A DNA stretch of 64,000 nt from the NCBI GenBank assembly GCA_965198115.1, contig OZ240241.1, forward strand, positions 4,512,001 through 4,576,000. Direction: 5' to 3'. The notes below the pieces were generated by a model. The model searched no databases and was not told the DNA's origin. It saw nothing but the letters and a program-made list of their open reading frames with translations. This stretch comes from Candidatus Latescibacterota bacterium. Lineage in GTDB: Bacteria > Latescibacterota > UBA2968. Below, piece after piece: positions 20,414-30,470 of the stretch (its first letter is position 1; each line of letters starts with the position of its first letter). The translations under genes were made by a program, and so were the position numbers.

Positions 20414-20447
20414 AAAATGAAAGCGCCCGAACAGATGCCCGGGCGCC
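20414..20447 (-). terminator. Intrinsic terminator after smc
   Basis: GCGCCCGG...TTCGGGCGC hairpin followed by TTTCATTTT. Confidence 0.6.
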
Positions 20448-20475
20448 CCAGTGTCACAGTTACCGAACGGCTCGA

Positions 20476-23400
20476 TCAATCGTCCGCCGCGAGCTCTCCC
20501 GCTGTCATCGATCCCGGTCGCGCATCGTCCTGCTGCTCACTCAGTCGAACCGTCACGAGCTTCGACACACCCGGCTCTTCCATCGTCACGCCGTGAAGAC
20601 AGTCCGCAGCCTCCATGGTGACCTTGTTGTGGGTGACGATCAGGAACTGCGTATCCTTCGAAAATTCTCTGATGACACGCACGAACCGGGTTACGTTGGC
20701 GTCGTCGAGCGGTGCGTCTACCTCGTCGAGGATACAATAAGGACTGGGCTTGACGAGATAGATAGCAAACAGCAAGGCAATGGCGGTTAGCGCACGCTCT
20801 CCACCCGAGAGTAGATTGATGCTTTGAAGACGCTTGCCTCTCGGCCGGGCCGTGATCTGAATCGCCGCCTCGAGGGGATCCTCGTCGGGTGTCATAGTGA
20901 GATCGGCCTCTCCCCCTTCAAAGAACTTCGCGTACGTAATCTGGAAATTTTCCCGAATCTTGCCATAGGTTTCCAGAAACCGGGCGCGCGCTGTCCTGTC
21001 GATTTTCTGGATCGTTCGTCTCAACGTGTCTTCGGCTTCGAGAAGATCGTCCCGCTGCTTCGCCAGGAATTCATAGCGTTCCTTCTGAACCTCGTACTCC
21101 TCGAGCGCGGCCAGGTTGACCGCTCCCATGCGCCTGAGACGCTCCTGAATCTCGACGACCTTCTTGGATGAGATGTCGGCATTGAACTCTGGATCCTCCA
21201 GCCGGCCCATCTCCTTCAAGTCCAGGTCTCGCTCGGTCAACATTCGCGTATGAAGCTCCTCCGCGCGCGTCTTCAGCTCCGCCAGTCCGACCTCCAACTC
21301 GTGAAGCCGTTCACGACTTTTGGTCACCTTCCGCCTCTTTTCGCGCAGGTCCTCCTCCACGCCGCGGGACATCATCATCAATTCTTGCTGACTCTCGGCT
21401 TGCCGGTCCCGTTTCTCCTCGGCCTCTTTCTGCTTCGTGTGCAGCTGCTCGAGCTCTCCGCTCGCCGCCGCCACGTTGGCCTCGAGCTGCCCGCGTCGAT
21501 CTCGACTTTCCTCCGATTCCTGTGCCAGTCCGGATTTCTCCAGGTCGAGTGTTTCTGCCTCCTTCGACAGACGCAGGGCCTCCTGGCTCAATCGTTCGGA
21601 CCGCTCTTTCAGCGAAGCGACCTCGACGCGGTGGGCCGAAACGCGTTCGTGGACTTCGGCTCGGGTCCGCTCCGCGTTCGAAACGATCAGTGCGATCGCA
21701 CGTTCCGTCTCTTCCCGCACGAGTCGTCGGGCTTCAAGCGCGCGCAGTAGAACTCGTCCCTCCGCCAAACGCCGCTCGAACTCGGAGACGCGGTCATCCA
21801 GCCGAGCGTGTTCGTCGGCCAGCTCTTCAGCCGCCCGATCCTGGCGATCGGCCTCGACGCTGGCGTTCTGGTGATCCCTCTGCCTCACGGCGAGACGGTG
21901 TTTGAGGTCAGCGAGAACGTCATCGGCCGTCTCCAGACGCTCCGTGTAGGCTGCGAGTCGTTCGACGGCCATACGAATCTGCTGCTCCAGGTCATTCAGT
22001 TCCGCCCCTGCCGTCTCGACGGAGCCCGTGAGCGCTTCAATCTGCTGGTGACGTCCGATCAGACTCGTTTCCTCGCTACCCGAGGCACCCCCGAAAATCG
22101 TGCCGTCAGCCGCGAAAACCTCACCCTCGAGCGTGACACAGCCACAGCCACGGGCGCGAAACTCCGGGTACCAGACGAGAGCCGTGGCGGCATCGACTAC
22201 GACGAACGTGTTCCGCAGCAGACCGACGGCGGCGCCCAGATCGTCACCCTGTTGCTGAACCAGGTCGCTGGCTCGGCCGATGATCCCGTCCCCGATCGGG
22301 GGAGACCACGGTGTTCCCGACGCGTGCGTGATCCGGTCGGACGGCAGGAAGCCCGCAGCCCCGTGGTTGCCGTCCCGCAAGTAGGCCATGGCTTCGACCG
22401 CATCGTCCGTCGAATCGATCACCAGACAGTCGAGAGAACGACCGAGCGCCGCTTCGATCGCCCGAGCATACCTCGGTTCGACGCCCACCAGGTCTGCCAG
22501 GATTGCCCGGATGCGGCCCGCGAACGGGGAAGCATCCACGGCGAGCGCCTGAACACCGGCCGAATAGCCCTCGAACTGTTCTTCCAGCTTTCTGAGCAAA
22601 GCGAGGCGGGCCCGGTCGGCCTCCAGACGGCCTCGAAGTGCGACACGAGATTCGACGAGGGCGTCGCCCCGGATCTGACTGTCCTGCCGATCACGCGCCA
22701 GCGCGTCCCGATCGGCCTGCGCCTGGCTGATTCGAGTCTCCAGCGCCGCGATTTCGACTCCGGCTTCTTCGAGCACCGCCCGCGCCTCGACCCGACGTCC
22801 CTCCACACGGTCGACATCTTCGACGAGCCGTGATCGGCGTTCCCGCAATCCCTCGACTTCGGCCTTGCCACGCTCGAGAGAGGAAGATTGGCTATTGATC
22901 TCCTGCATGAGGGCGCGCGATCTCGACTGCTCGTCCTCCGACCGCGACCGATGGTCGTTCACCCGCTCGTTCAGATCCTCGAGCTCGGTGCCCTTGCGCT
23001 CGACCTCGGCCGTCACTTCGGACAGGCGACGCGCCGCATCCGTTGCTTCGGCGCTCGCGCCTTCGCTGTCCGTCAGCGCCGTCGACCTTCGTTCCGCTAG
23101 CTCACCACCTCGACGATCAGCGCGTGTGAGAAACCCGTCGATTCCACGGATCTCCTCGCGAGCCACGAGGATTGCCCGGTCTTTTTCGTGCACATATCCG
23201 ACCTGGCGACTCACGTCTGCATTCGCCGCTGCCAGCGCCTGGTCCTGCTCTGATAGCTCGGCTCGGATTTCCTCCAGACGCGCCTCCAGACGCGCCGAAT
23301 CGGTCGTGCCGACCTCGACCTCCTCCTTAAGGAAGGACATCTCGTCCAGCATGGGTCTTGATCGGTCCGACATTTCAAAATAGCGGTGCCGGGCAACCTG

Positions 23401-24081
23401 GACTTCGAGGGCTTGAAGCTCGTCCGTCAGCTGTTTGTAGAGACGCGCCTTCCGCTCCTGGCGCGCCAGCGACGTGACCTGTCTCTCCACCTCGCCGATG
23501 ATGTCGTCGATTCGGGTCAAATCTTGCTGGATGGATTGCAGCTTGTTCCACGCCGACCGTCGACGAACCTTGTATCGTGTCACCCCTGCTGCTTCTTCAA
23601 ACACGCGTCGTCGTTCTTCGGTCTTGTCGCTGATGATCTCATCGACCATGCCCTGCTCGATCACCGAGTAGGAATGGGCGCCCATCCCAGTGTCCATCAG
23701 CAAATTCTGAATGTCCCTCAGGAGGCACGGGATCTTGTTGATCAGGTATTCGCTCTCGCCCGATCGATACAAACGCCGCGCCACGGTCACCTCCGTGAAC
23801 TCGACCGGCAGGAGACGTTGCGAGTTGTCGATCGTCACCGAGACCTCGGCCAACCCCAGGGGCTTTCTGGACCGAGAACCCTGGAAGATAACGTCTTCCA
23901 TGTGACTGCTTCGCAGGGCCCGCGCTCGCTGCTCGCCCAGACACCAGCGAATCGCGTCGACCACGTTCGATTTGCCGCACCCGTTCGGTCCGACCACCGC
24001 AGTGATACCGTTTTCCAGCTTCAGGTCGAGCTTCTGCGCGAACGATTTGAACCCGAAGGCATTCAGTCGGGACAGATACAA
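20476..24081 (-). CDS. smc: Chromosome segregation protein SMC
   Basis: FKSFA, GPNGCGKSN, EEAAG, hinge, LSGGE and LDEVDAPLD; TTG start after GGAGG. Confidence 0.97.
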   Translation of the reverse strand: MYLSRLNAFGFKSFAQKLDLKLENGITAVVGPNGCGKSNVVDAIRWCLGEQRARALRSSHMEDVIFQGSRSRKPLGLAEVSVTIDNSQRLLPVEFTEVTVARRLYRSGESEYLINKIPCLLRDIQNLLMDTGMGAHSYSVIEQGMVDEIISDKTEERRRVFEEAAGVTRYKVRRRSAWNKLQSIQQDLTRIDDIIGEVERQVTSLARQERKARLYKQLTDELQALEVQVARHRYFEMSDRSRPMLDEMSFLKEEVEVGTTDSARLEARLEEIRAELSEQDQALAAANADVSRQVGYVHEKDRAILVAREEIRGIDGFLTRADRRGGELAERRSTALTDSEGASAEATDAARRLSEVTAEVERKGTELEDLNERVNDHRSRSEDEQSRSRALMQEINSQSSSLERGKAEVEGLRERRSRLVEDVDRVEGRRVEARAVLEEAGVEIAALETRISQAQADRDALARDRQDSQIRGDALVESRVALRGRLEADRARLALLRKLEEQFEGYSAGVQALAVDASPFAGRIRAILADLVGVEPRYARAIEAALGRSLDCLVIDSTDDAVEAMAYLRDGNHGAAGFLPSDRITHASGTPWSPPIGDGIIGRASDLVQQQGDDLGAAVGLLRNTFVVVDAATALVWYPEFRARGCGCVTLEGEVFAADGTIFGGASGSEETSLIGRHQQIEALTGSVETAGAELNDLEQQIRMAVERLAAYTERLETADDVLADLKHRLAVRQRDHQNASVEADRQDRAAEELADEHARLDDRVSEFERRLAEGRVLLRALEARRLVREETERAIALIVSNAERTRAEVHERVSAHRVEVASLKERSERLSQEALRLSKEAETLDLEKSGLAQESEESRDRRGQLEANVAAASGELEQLHTKQKEAEEKRDRQAESQQELMMMSRGVEEDLREKRRKVTKSRERLHELEVGLAELKTRAEELHTRMLTERDLDLKEMGRLEDPEFNADISSKKVVEIQERLRRMGAVNLAALEEYEVQKERYEFLAKQRDDLLEAEDTLRRTIQKIDRTARARFLETYGKIRENFQITYAKFFEGGEADLTMTPDEDPLEAAIQITARPRGKRLQSINLLSGGERALTAIALLFAIYLVKPSPYCILDEVDAPLDDANVTRFVRVIREFSKDTQFLIVTHNKVTMEAADCLHGVTMEEPGVSKLVTVRLSEQQDDARPGSMTAGELAADD

Positions 24082-24289
24082 CGCGTATCCTCCAGATACA
24101 TCCGGTGGCAGTGGGTGCGAGACACCGGCCTGCAAAACGCAGGCTTCGGACCCAGGGGCCAATGTGGAAAGCTGGACAGAGGAACTTAAAGGGGTTGGGG
24201 GGTGGTCGCCACGCTGGAATTGCCCGTGGGGTTAGGCATTCCGGCAGTGGGTACTACAAAGAGTATAAGAAAACCGATCAAGCTGTGAC

Positions 24290-24318
24290 ATAATACCCTA
24301 CCTGGTAGGTACGGTCAA
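24290..24318 (-). promoter_or_regulatory. Sigma70-type promoter for smc with a palindrome in the spacer
   Basis: TTGACC-17 nt-TATTAT; CCTACC-T-GGTAGG at 24297-24309. Confidence 0.6.
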
Positions 24319-24488
24319 GCCTCTTCTCGCAAACGAGAGCGGTCGGAGAGTCTACTTAAATTTCTAATTATCAAATGCTTGCTTCTATCTCTGTGCCCCG
24401 GAATAGCGCATTGCGTGTCCGAAGTCTGGTTGACTTCGGGGGCGGTCGTGTTTTAGCTTGGGAGGCTCGGATTCCAGGGGAGATCGTG

Positions 24489-25610
24489 ATGGACTTGACC
24501 GGAAAGATCGACCGAATCGAGAAAATCGTCCTCCGGTTCAAACGGCCCCGCCTCATAGGCAGGAACGCCCGCATCGGAGTCCACGGAGACACCGTCACGG
24601 ACCCGATCGTTCGAGTCCGCAGCTCGACGGGTGCCACGGGCGTGGGTTGGTCTCGCATCGAACAGGAAGATGCCCAGGACCTCGTGGGGCGTGAGGTGGC
24701 GAGCCTGATCGACGAGGAGGGCACGTCGGAGTCGGGAAAGCCGATCGACCTCCCTCTCTGGGACCTGGTGGCTCGGCAGTCCAACCAGCCGCTCTACGAG
24801 CTCCTCGGAGCGCGCGGAAACCGAGAAGTCGAGCTTTACGACGGATCGATCTACATCGACGATCTCGACGCGAACGACGAGGAAGCGGACGCCATCTTCC
24901 GCGAAGAAGTGGCAACGGGGCACCGCTACGGCTACCATAACTTCAAAATCAAGATCGGCAGAGGTGCACGCTGGATGCCCATCGTCGAAGGCACCGACCG
25001 TGACGTCCGCGTCATCCACACAATCAGGGAGGCGGCACGTCCCGACGCGAAGATTCTCATCGACGCCAACAACGGAACCACACTCAACATAGCGAAGGAC
25101 ATCCTCCTCCGATGTCGCGATGTCGACATCTACTGGTTCGAGGAGGCGTTTCCCGAAGATCGCTCCTTCAACGAGGCGTTCAAAGAATTCATCCAGGACG
25201 AAGGCTTCGACACGCTCGTCGCCGATGGCGAGTCGGGTCCCCCGCCGCCGTATTTCTTCGACATGGTCGAAGCGGGATGGATCGACATCGTCCAGCACGA
25301 CTTTCGAGCGGTCGGCCTGAGTTGGTGGCGCAAGACCGCCGACCGGATCGAACCGTGGGGGGCTCAATGCGCTCCGCATTGCTGGGGAAGTCTGCTCGAA
25401 CGCTATTCTCACGCGCATTTTGCGGCCTCGATTCCAAACTTTTCCCTGCTCGAGGCCGCACCCGCCGATACACCCGGCATCGTCCTCGACGGATGGGAGA
25501 TTCGCGAGGGCAGAATGATCGTACCCGACACGCCGGGCACCGGGTTCGATCTCGAACCGGAAGTGATCGAAAAAGGGGTGCGCGAGGAAGGCGGGTTCGC
25601 TCTATCCTGA
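24489..25610 (+). CDS. Mandelate racemase/muconate lactonizing enzyme family (enolase superfamily)
   Basis: LWDL..PLYELLG, KIKIG, IDAN, FEE, DGE and PH motifs. Confidence 0.88.
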   Translation: MDLTGKIDRIEKIVLRFKRPRLIGRNARIGVHGDTVTDPIVRVRSSTGATGVGWSRIEQEDAQDLVGREVASLIDEEGTSESGKPIDLPLWDLVARQSNQPLYELLGARGNREVELYDGSIYIDDLDANDEEADAIFREEVATGHRYGYHNFKIKIGRGARWMPIVEGTDRDVRVIHTIREAARPDAKILIDANNGTTLNIAKDILLRCRDVDIYWFEEAFPEDRSFNEAFKEFIQDEGFDTLVADGESGPPPPYFFDMVEAGWIDIVQHDFRAVGLSWWRKTADRIEPWGAQCAPHCWGSLLERYSHAHFAASIPNFSLLEAAPADTPGIVLDGWEIREGRMIVPDTPGTGFDLEPEVIEKGVREEGGFALS

Positions 25611-25743
25611 GACCAGGCCACCCACGGCAAGCCACAGAGTGATTCGTCTCTCGCCACTGTGTTGACGTCGTCTGCCCCGGTGGCACCGGTCGATGACCCC
25701 GTGCCCACATCCATCACCGTCACCGGCATCGCGACTGTCTGAC

Positions 25744-26898
25744 GTGCAGACCCTGCTCATCAAAAACGCCCACGTCTACGCCCCCGAAGATCTGGGTATC
25801 TGCGACGTGCTGTGTTTCGGACCGCACATACTCGACGTCGGGAAGGACGTGTGGCCCGTCGGAGATCCCGTCGTCGTGCAAGCCGAGGAGCGATCGCTCC
25901 TTCCCGGCCTCGTCGACAGCCACATCCACGTGATGGGAGCGAGCGGCGGCGCAGGCCCGACGCATCGATCACCCGAAATGCCGCTGTCGTGGATGACCCT
26001 GGCGGGGATCACGACCGTCGTCTCGCCCCTCGGCACCGACAGTCTCAGCCGGACGTTACCCGGCTTGTTGAGCCGAGCGGCCGCACTGACCGACGAAGGC
26101 ATCAGCGCCTACGCCTACACGGGTGGCTGGCGAAATCCAGTGCCCACGCTGACCGGCGACGTGCAGGCCGATCTTGCCTACATCGATCGATTCCTGGGCG
26201 TCAAGGTCGCGATTTCCGAAGCTTCGGCTCCTTCCTTGCCTCACGCCAGCCTGTGTGAATTGGCGCACGCCGCGGTCGTCGGTGGCGGCATCGGTGGCAA
26301 GCGGGCCGTGCTGCACGCCCATATTGGAGACCTCGATGCTGGCCTGTCACCCCTCCAGAGAGTCGCGGAAACCACGGGATTGCCCCCCGATCGGTTTGTG
26401 GCCACACACGTCAACCGCAACCCCGGGCTTTGGGAACAGGCAGCGGTTTTCGTGCGGGAGGGCGGAAGTATCGATCTGACTTCCCAGATTCAGAAGGATC
26501 GCGGGTATGCGAACGCCATCGAGCCAGATCGCGCGCTCCTGGAACTGTTAGACACCGACCTTCCCCGCGACCGAATCTCCGTGTCGAGCGACAGCGGGGG
26601 CGCGTATCCCCGCCCCGCCGACGCACGGCGTGGCCGATACGCCATGGCGGAGCCGATGACCCTCTTCGACAGCGTGCGTGCTGTCGTCCGACAGGGTGTT
26701 GGGTGGCCGACCGTCCTGCCTCTTGTCACGCAAAACCCCGCCAACCGCCTGGGTCTGGCGACGAAGGGACGAATCGAAGCCGGACGGGATGCCGATCTCG
26801 TTCTCCTCACGGACGAGGACGAAATCGAGCTGGTGTGGAGTCGTGGAAAGACCATGGTCGCCGACGGTGAAGCCGTCGTCCGGAGCGACTACGAATAA
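25744..26898 (+). CDS. Isoaspartyl dipeptidase (IadA)-like amidohydrolase
   Basis: IKNAHVYAPEDLG, DSHIH, LGTD, GVKVAIS, THVNR and SSD motifs. Confidence 0.8.
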   Translation: MQTLLIKNAHVYAPEDLGICDVLCFGPHILDVGKDVWPVGDPVVVQAEERSLLPGLVDSHIHVMGASGGAGPTHRSPEMPLSWMTLAGITTVVSPLGTDSLSRTLPGLLSRAAALTDEGISAYAYTGGWRNPVPTLTGDVQADLAYIDRFLGVKVAISEASAPSLPHASLCELAHAAVVGGGIGGKRAVLHAHIGDLDAGLSPLQRVAETTGLPPDRFVATHVNRNPGLWEQAAVFVREGGSIDLTSQIQKDRGYANAIEPDRALLELLDTDLPRDRISVSSDSGGAYPRPADARRGRYAMAEPMTLFDSVRAVVRQGVGWPTVLPLVTQNPANRLGLATKGRIEAGRDADLVLLTDEDEIELVWSRGKTMVADGEAVVRSDYE

Positions 26899-26917
26899 CT
26901 GCCTCGTAGGAGACTGA

Positions 26918-28124
26918 ATGGGAACATACAACGTCGCGGTCCTGCCCGGCGATGGCGTCGGCCCCGAGGTCGTCGCCGAATCGGTCAAGGTCCTGCTCGC
27001 TCTGGAGAAGCCTTTCCCGACCTCCGGTTCATCCTGAACGAACACCCCGTTGGCGCCGCGTGTTATCAGCGTACTGGATCGGACCTCCCTGCCGAGACAC
27101 TCGAGGCGTGTGATGTGGGTCGAGAAGATCACGCTCTTCCCGGCCTCCCTGCATCGGCGGATCATGTCGACGATCGTCCGTGAGGTGCCCACCGTCCACC
27201 GTGCACCGTCCACCGTCCACAGCTATAGCGCGCAGCTCCCGCAGCGCCGACGCCATCCTGTTCGGGTCGGCCGGCGATCCCAACATCCGCTTCGAGGACG
27301 GGACCGAAATCGCACCGCAACTCACCCTCCGATTCGTCCTCGACCTCTACGCCGGAATCCGCCCGATCAAACAATACGCCGGGGTCGCGCCGCTTCTCGC
27401 GGAAGACCCCCCGATCGACTACGTCATCATGCGCGAAAACACCGAAGGTCTCTACGCTTCGCGAGGGGCGGGTGTTCGCGTCGGCAACGACGTGGCCGTC
27501 GACAGCATGGTCATCACAAAGCGCGGAACGGAGCGCATCGCGAAGTACGCGTTCGACATCGCCGTGGAACGGACTGGCGCTCCCCGCGACGGTGTCAGCC
27601 GAGTCACGTGCGTCGACAAGGCAAACGTTCTCAAGAGCCAGGCATACTTTCGCGAAATCTACGATGGCGTAGCCGAAGGCTATCCCGATATCGAGCGCGA
27701 CTACGCCTACGTCGACGCGTTTACCGTACACCAGGTCCGGCGACCCGACTTCTACGACGTCGTCGCCGCCGAAAACATGTTCGGCGATATCATCTCGGAC
27801 CTGGGTGCGGGCACGATCGGTGGCATGGGTATGGCTCCGTCGGCGGACGTCGGCGATCGCTACGGCGTCTTCCAGCCCTCTCACGGAACCGCTCCCGATA
27901 TCGCGGGAGAAGGTATCGCCAATCCCGTCGCTCAGATCCTCTCCGCCTCGATGATGCTCACGTGGCTCGGCATGAAGAAAGATGACGAAGTAGCCCGGCA
28001 GGCGGCCAGACACATCGACGAAACGGTTGGACGGGTCCTCGAAAGCAAGACGTCCCATACCGCCGACGTGGGTGGCCAGGCCAGGACCGAACAGGTAGGC
28101 GACGCAGTGGCCTCAGAAATCTAA
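26918..28124 (+). CDS. Isocitrate/isopropylmalate/tartrate dehydrogenase family protein, interrupted by a frameshift (~27015) and a 128-nt insertion (27112-27239)
   Basis: VLPGDGVGPEV, ETLEAC|RSADAILFG, RENTEG, DKANV, NMFGDIISD and HGTAPDIAG. Confidence 0.85.
27189..27223 (+). repeat. Heptamer tandem repeat (CCACCGT), about 5 copies
   Basis: CCACCGT CCACCGT GCACCGT CCACCGT CCACAGC. Confidence 0.8.
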
Positions 28125-28135
28125 CGGAGGATGCG

Positions 28136-29458
28136 ATGAATCGGACGACGAAGAAGAACCGTGTCGACGAAGCGGTCAGATCCGAAGCGCACACCGCGCG
28201 CAAGCTGTCACGCACCATTCACGGTTTCGCGGAGCGACCCTTCCGCGAAACGGAGTCGGCCAAAGTGCTGGCCGAATACCTCGACGACCGTGGGTTCAAA
28301 ATCGAGTTTCCCTTCAAGAACATTCCTACGGCGTTCCGGGCGACGTATGGAAGCGGGAAGCCGGCCATCGGCCTGCTCGGCGAGTACGACGCACTGCCCA
28401 ACTGTGGTGCCGCCGACGGCAGCTGGGGTCACGGCTGAGGACATAACCTCCTGGGCGTTGCCCCGGCCGCAGGTGCGGTCGCCGCTGCCAAGATCCTCCA
28501 GAAATCCGGTCGCAAGGGTCGAATCATCTACTACGGTTGTCCCGCCGAAGAAACACTCGCCGGCAAGGTCTACATGGCCCGGGACGGTGCCTTCCGCGAC
28601 CTCGACGCCGTGCTGGCCTGGCATCCCGGAACGGCCACGGGTGTGAGCAACTTCGGCGGGTCGTCCCTCGACTCGCTCGTCTTCGAATTCCACGGCCGGA
28701 CCGCCCACGGCGCCAGCGCACACAATGGTCGTAGCGCCCTCGACGGCGTCATGCTCACGGACATCGCCGCGAACTACCTTCGCGAGCACATACCCGAAAA
28801 TTGTCGCATTCACAGCGTCATCAGAGACGGTGGAGACGCTCCCAACGTGGTGCCCGCCTACGCGAAGGTCTGGTATTTCGTACGGGGCAAGGACCGCGCC
28901 CAGGTCGACGAGCTCCGCGGGCGTCTGATCGCGTGCGCACGGGCGGCCGCCATCGCCACCGATACCGAAATGAAGTGGCATCGCATCACCGCCGTCTACC
29001 CGCGCCTGCCGAACGATCCCATGTGTAACCTCGTGGCCGACAATGTCGGGCTCTTCGGTCCTCCCCGCGCGACCAAAGCAGACCGAACTGTGGTGACGAA
29101 ACTCGGCTACAAAGAGGGGTTCGACACCTCGGTCACGAAGGGATACGGCACGCAGGGGCGTGGATCGTCGGACGAGGACAACGTGTCGTGGCTCGCCCCG
29201 ATGGGTCGATTTACGGTCGTTTGCTACGCGAAGGGGACGCCCGGGCATCACAGGGACCTGGCAGCGCAGGCCATCCTGCCGTTCGCCGACCGGGCGATCA
29301 TTCAAGCCGCAAAGATCTTCGCGGGCTCCGCGCTCGACCTCGTCACCAAACCGGACCTCCTCCGGAAGGCAAGATCCGAGTTCCAGAGGAAAACCCGTGG
29401 TTTCACTTACGACCCGTTGATCCCCAAACGTCAAAAAGTGCCGGCCGATCCTCCGTAG
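28136..29458 (+). CDS. M20 amidohydrolase (AbgB/p-aminobenzoyl-glutamate hydrolase B-like) with in-frame TGA at 28436-28438, candidate selenoprotein
   Basis: PTAF, GEYDAL, GHG*GHNLLG, GCPAEE, WHP, GRSALD, PNVVP and GSSD all lie in one frame. Confidence 0.85.
28446..28474 (+). promoter_or_regulatory. Candidate bacterial SECIS element
   Basis: 17-nt hairpin CCTGGGC-GTT-GCCCCGG begins 11 nt after the TGA; lower stem ACCT/AGGT. Confidence 0.5.
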
Positions 29459-29467
29459 GGGAAGACG

Positions 29468-30457
29468 ATGGAGCCCAAAAGACTGATCTGCCCCGATGTG
29501 CGAAAGATCGAGGTCGAATCATTCGATCTCGACCCGCTTCCTCCTGACGGAATCCTCGTGGAAAACCACTACACGGCCGTATCCGTCGGCACGGAGGTCT
29601 ACAACTGGCTCCACGGTGGCGAGCCGGGAGGAAATCGCCGCTTCCCACGGACGACCGGTTACTGCAACGTCGGCCGCGTACTCGAAGTGGGAGCCGACGC
29701 CGATGGTGTCAAGATCGGAGACATCGTCGCCGGGCAGAGCAACCACGCCAGCCACGCCGTACTCCGGGCCAACTTCAACCTCGTACCGAGCGATGTCGAT
29801 CCGAGGGAGGCCGCTTTTACCGTCATGTGCGCGATCGCGCTCCACGGCGTTCGGGTCGCGCGTGTTGGCCTCGGCGAGTCGGTCGTCGTCTACGGGTTGG
29901 GTCTTGTCGGACAGATCGCTGCCAAGCTGGCTCGTCTGTCGGGCGCGATGCCCGTCATCGGCATAGACCTCGACACGTTCAGGATCGAGAAGGCCATCCA
30001 CAATGGTTGTGACATCGCCCTCAATCCGAATCAGATCGAAGATCTGGAGGGCGAGATCCGGCGCCTTTCCACGGAGGACGGCGTCAACATCGTCCTCAAG
30101 TCGACCGGCAAGCCCGAAGTGTATCCGACCGCGGTCGAACTGGCCTGCCTCGGAGGTCGTGTCGTTGCCCTCGGCTCACCGCGCGGCACCGTGACGATGG
30201 ACTTCCTCAAAGACGTCCACTTGCGTGAAGTCTCGATCCTCGGCGCACACCAGCCCAAGACCCCGGACGACGACCACATCTACTATCGGTTCTACAAGAA
30301 GCGAGAGCGGGATTTGGTCCTCCAACTCATGGCCACCGACCGGCTCGACATCGAAAGCCTCATTACCCACACGCATCGACCCGAAGCCTGCCAGGACGTC
30401 TACACATCGCTGGCAGATCGACCGGAAAACACGCTCGGTGTCCTGTTCGAGTGGTGA
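29468..30457 (+). CDS. Medium-chain (zinc-binding) alcohol dehydrogenase family protein
   Basis: SVGTE, GYCNVG, GLGLVG Rossmann motif and LITH. Confidence 0.88.
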   Translation: MEPKRLICPDVRKIEVESFDLDPLPPDGILVENHYTAVSVGTEVYNWLHGGEPGGNRRFPRTTGYCNVGRVLEVGADADGVKIGDIVAGQSNHASHAVLRANFNLVPSDVDPREAAFTVMCAIALHGVRVARVGLGESVVVYGLGLVGQIAAKLARLSGAMPVIGIDLDTFRIEKAIHNGCDIALNPNQIEDLEGEIRRLSTEDGVNIVLKSTGKPEVYPTAVELACLGGRVVALGSPRGTVTMDFLKDVHLREVSILGAHQPKTPDDDHIYYRFYKKRERDLVLQLMATDRLDIESLITHTHRPEACQDVYTSLADRPENTLGVLFEW

Positions 30458-30470
30458 GCGGATCCTCCCC

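Noticed and set aside
20476-24081. SMC-like defence ATPase (Wadjet JetC or Lamassu)
   Set aside because: It has canonical housekeeping SMC motifs and hinge, with no jet or effector genes adjacent.
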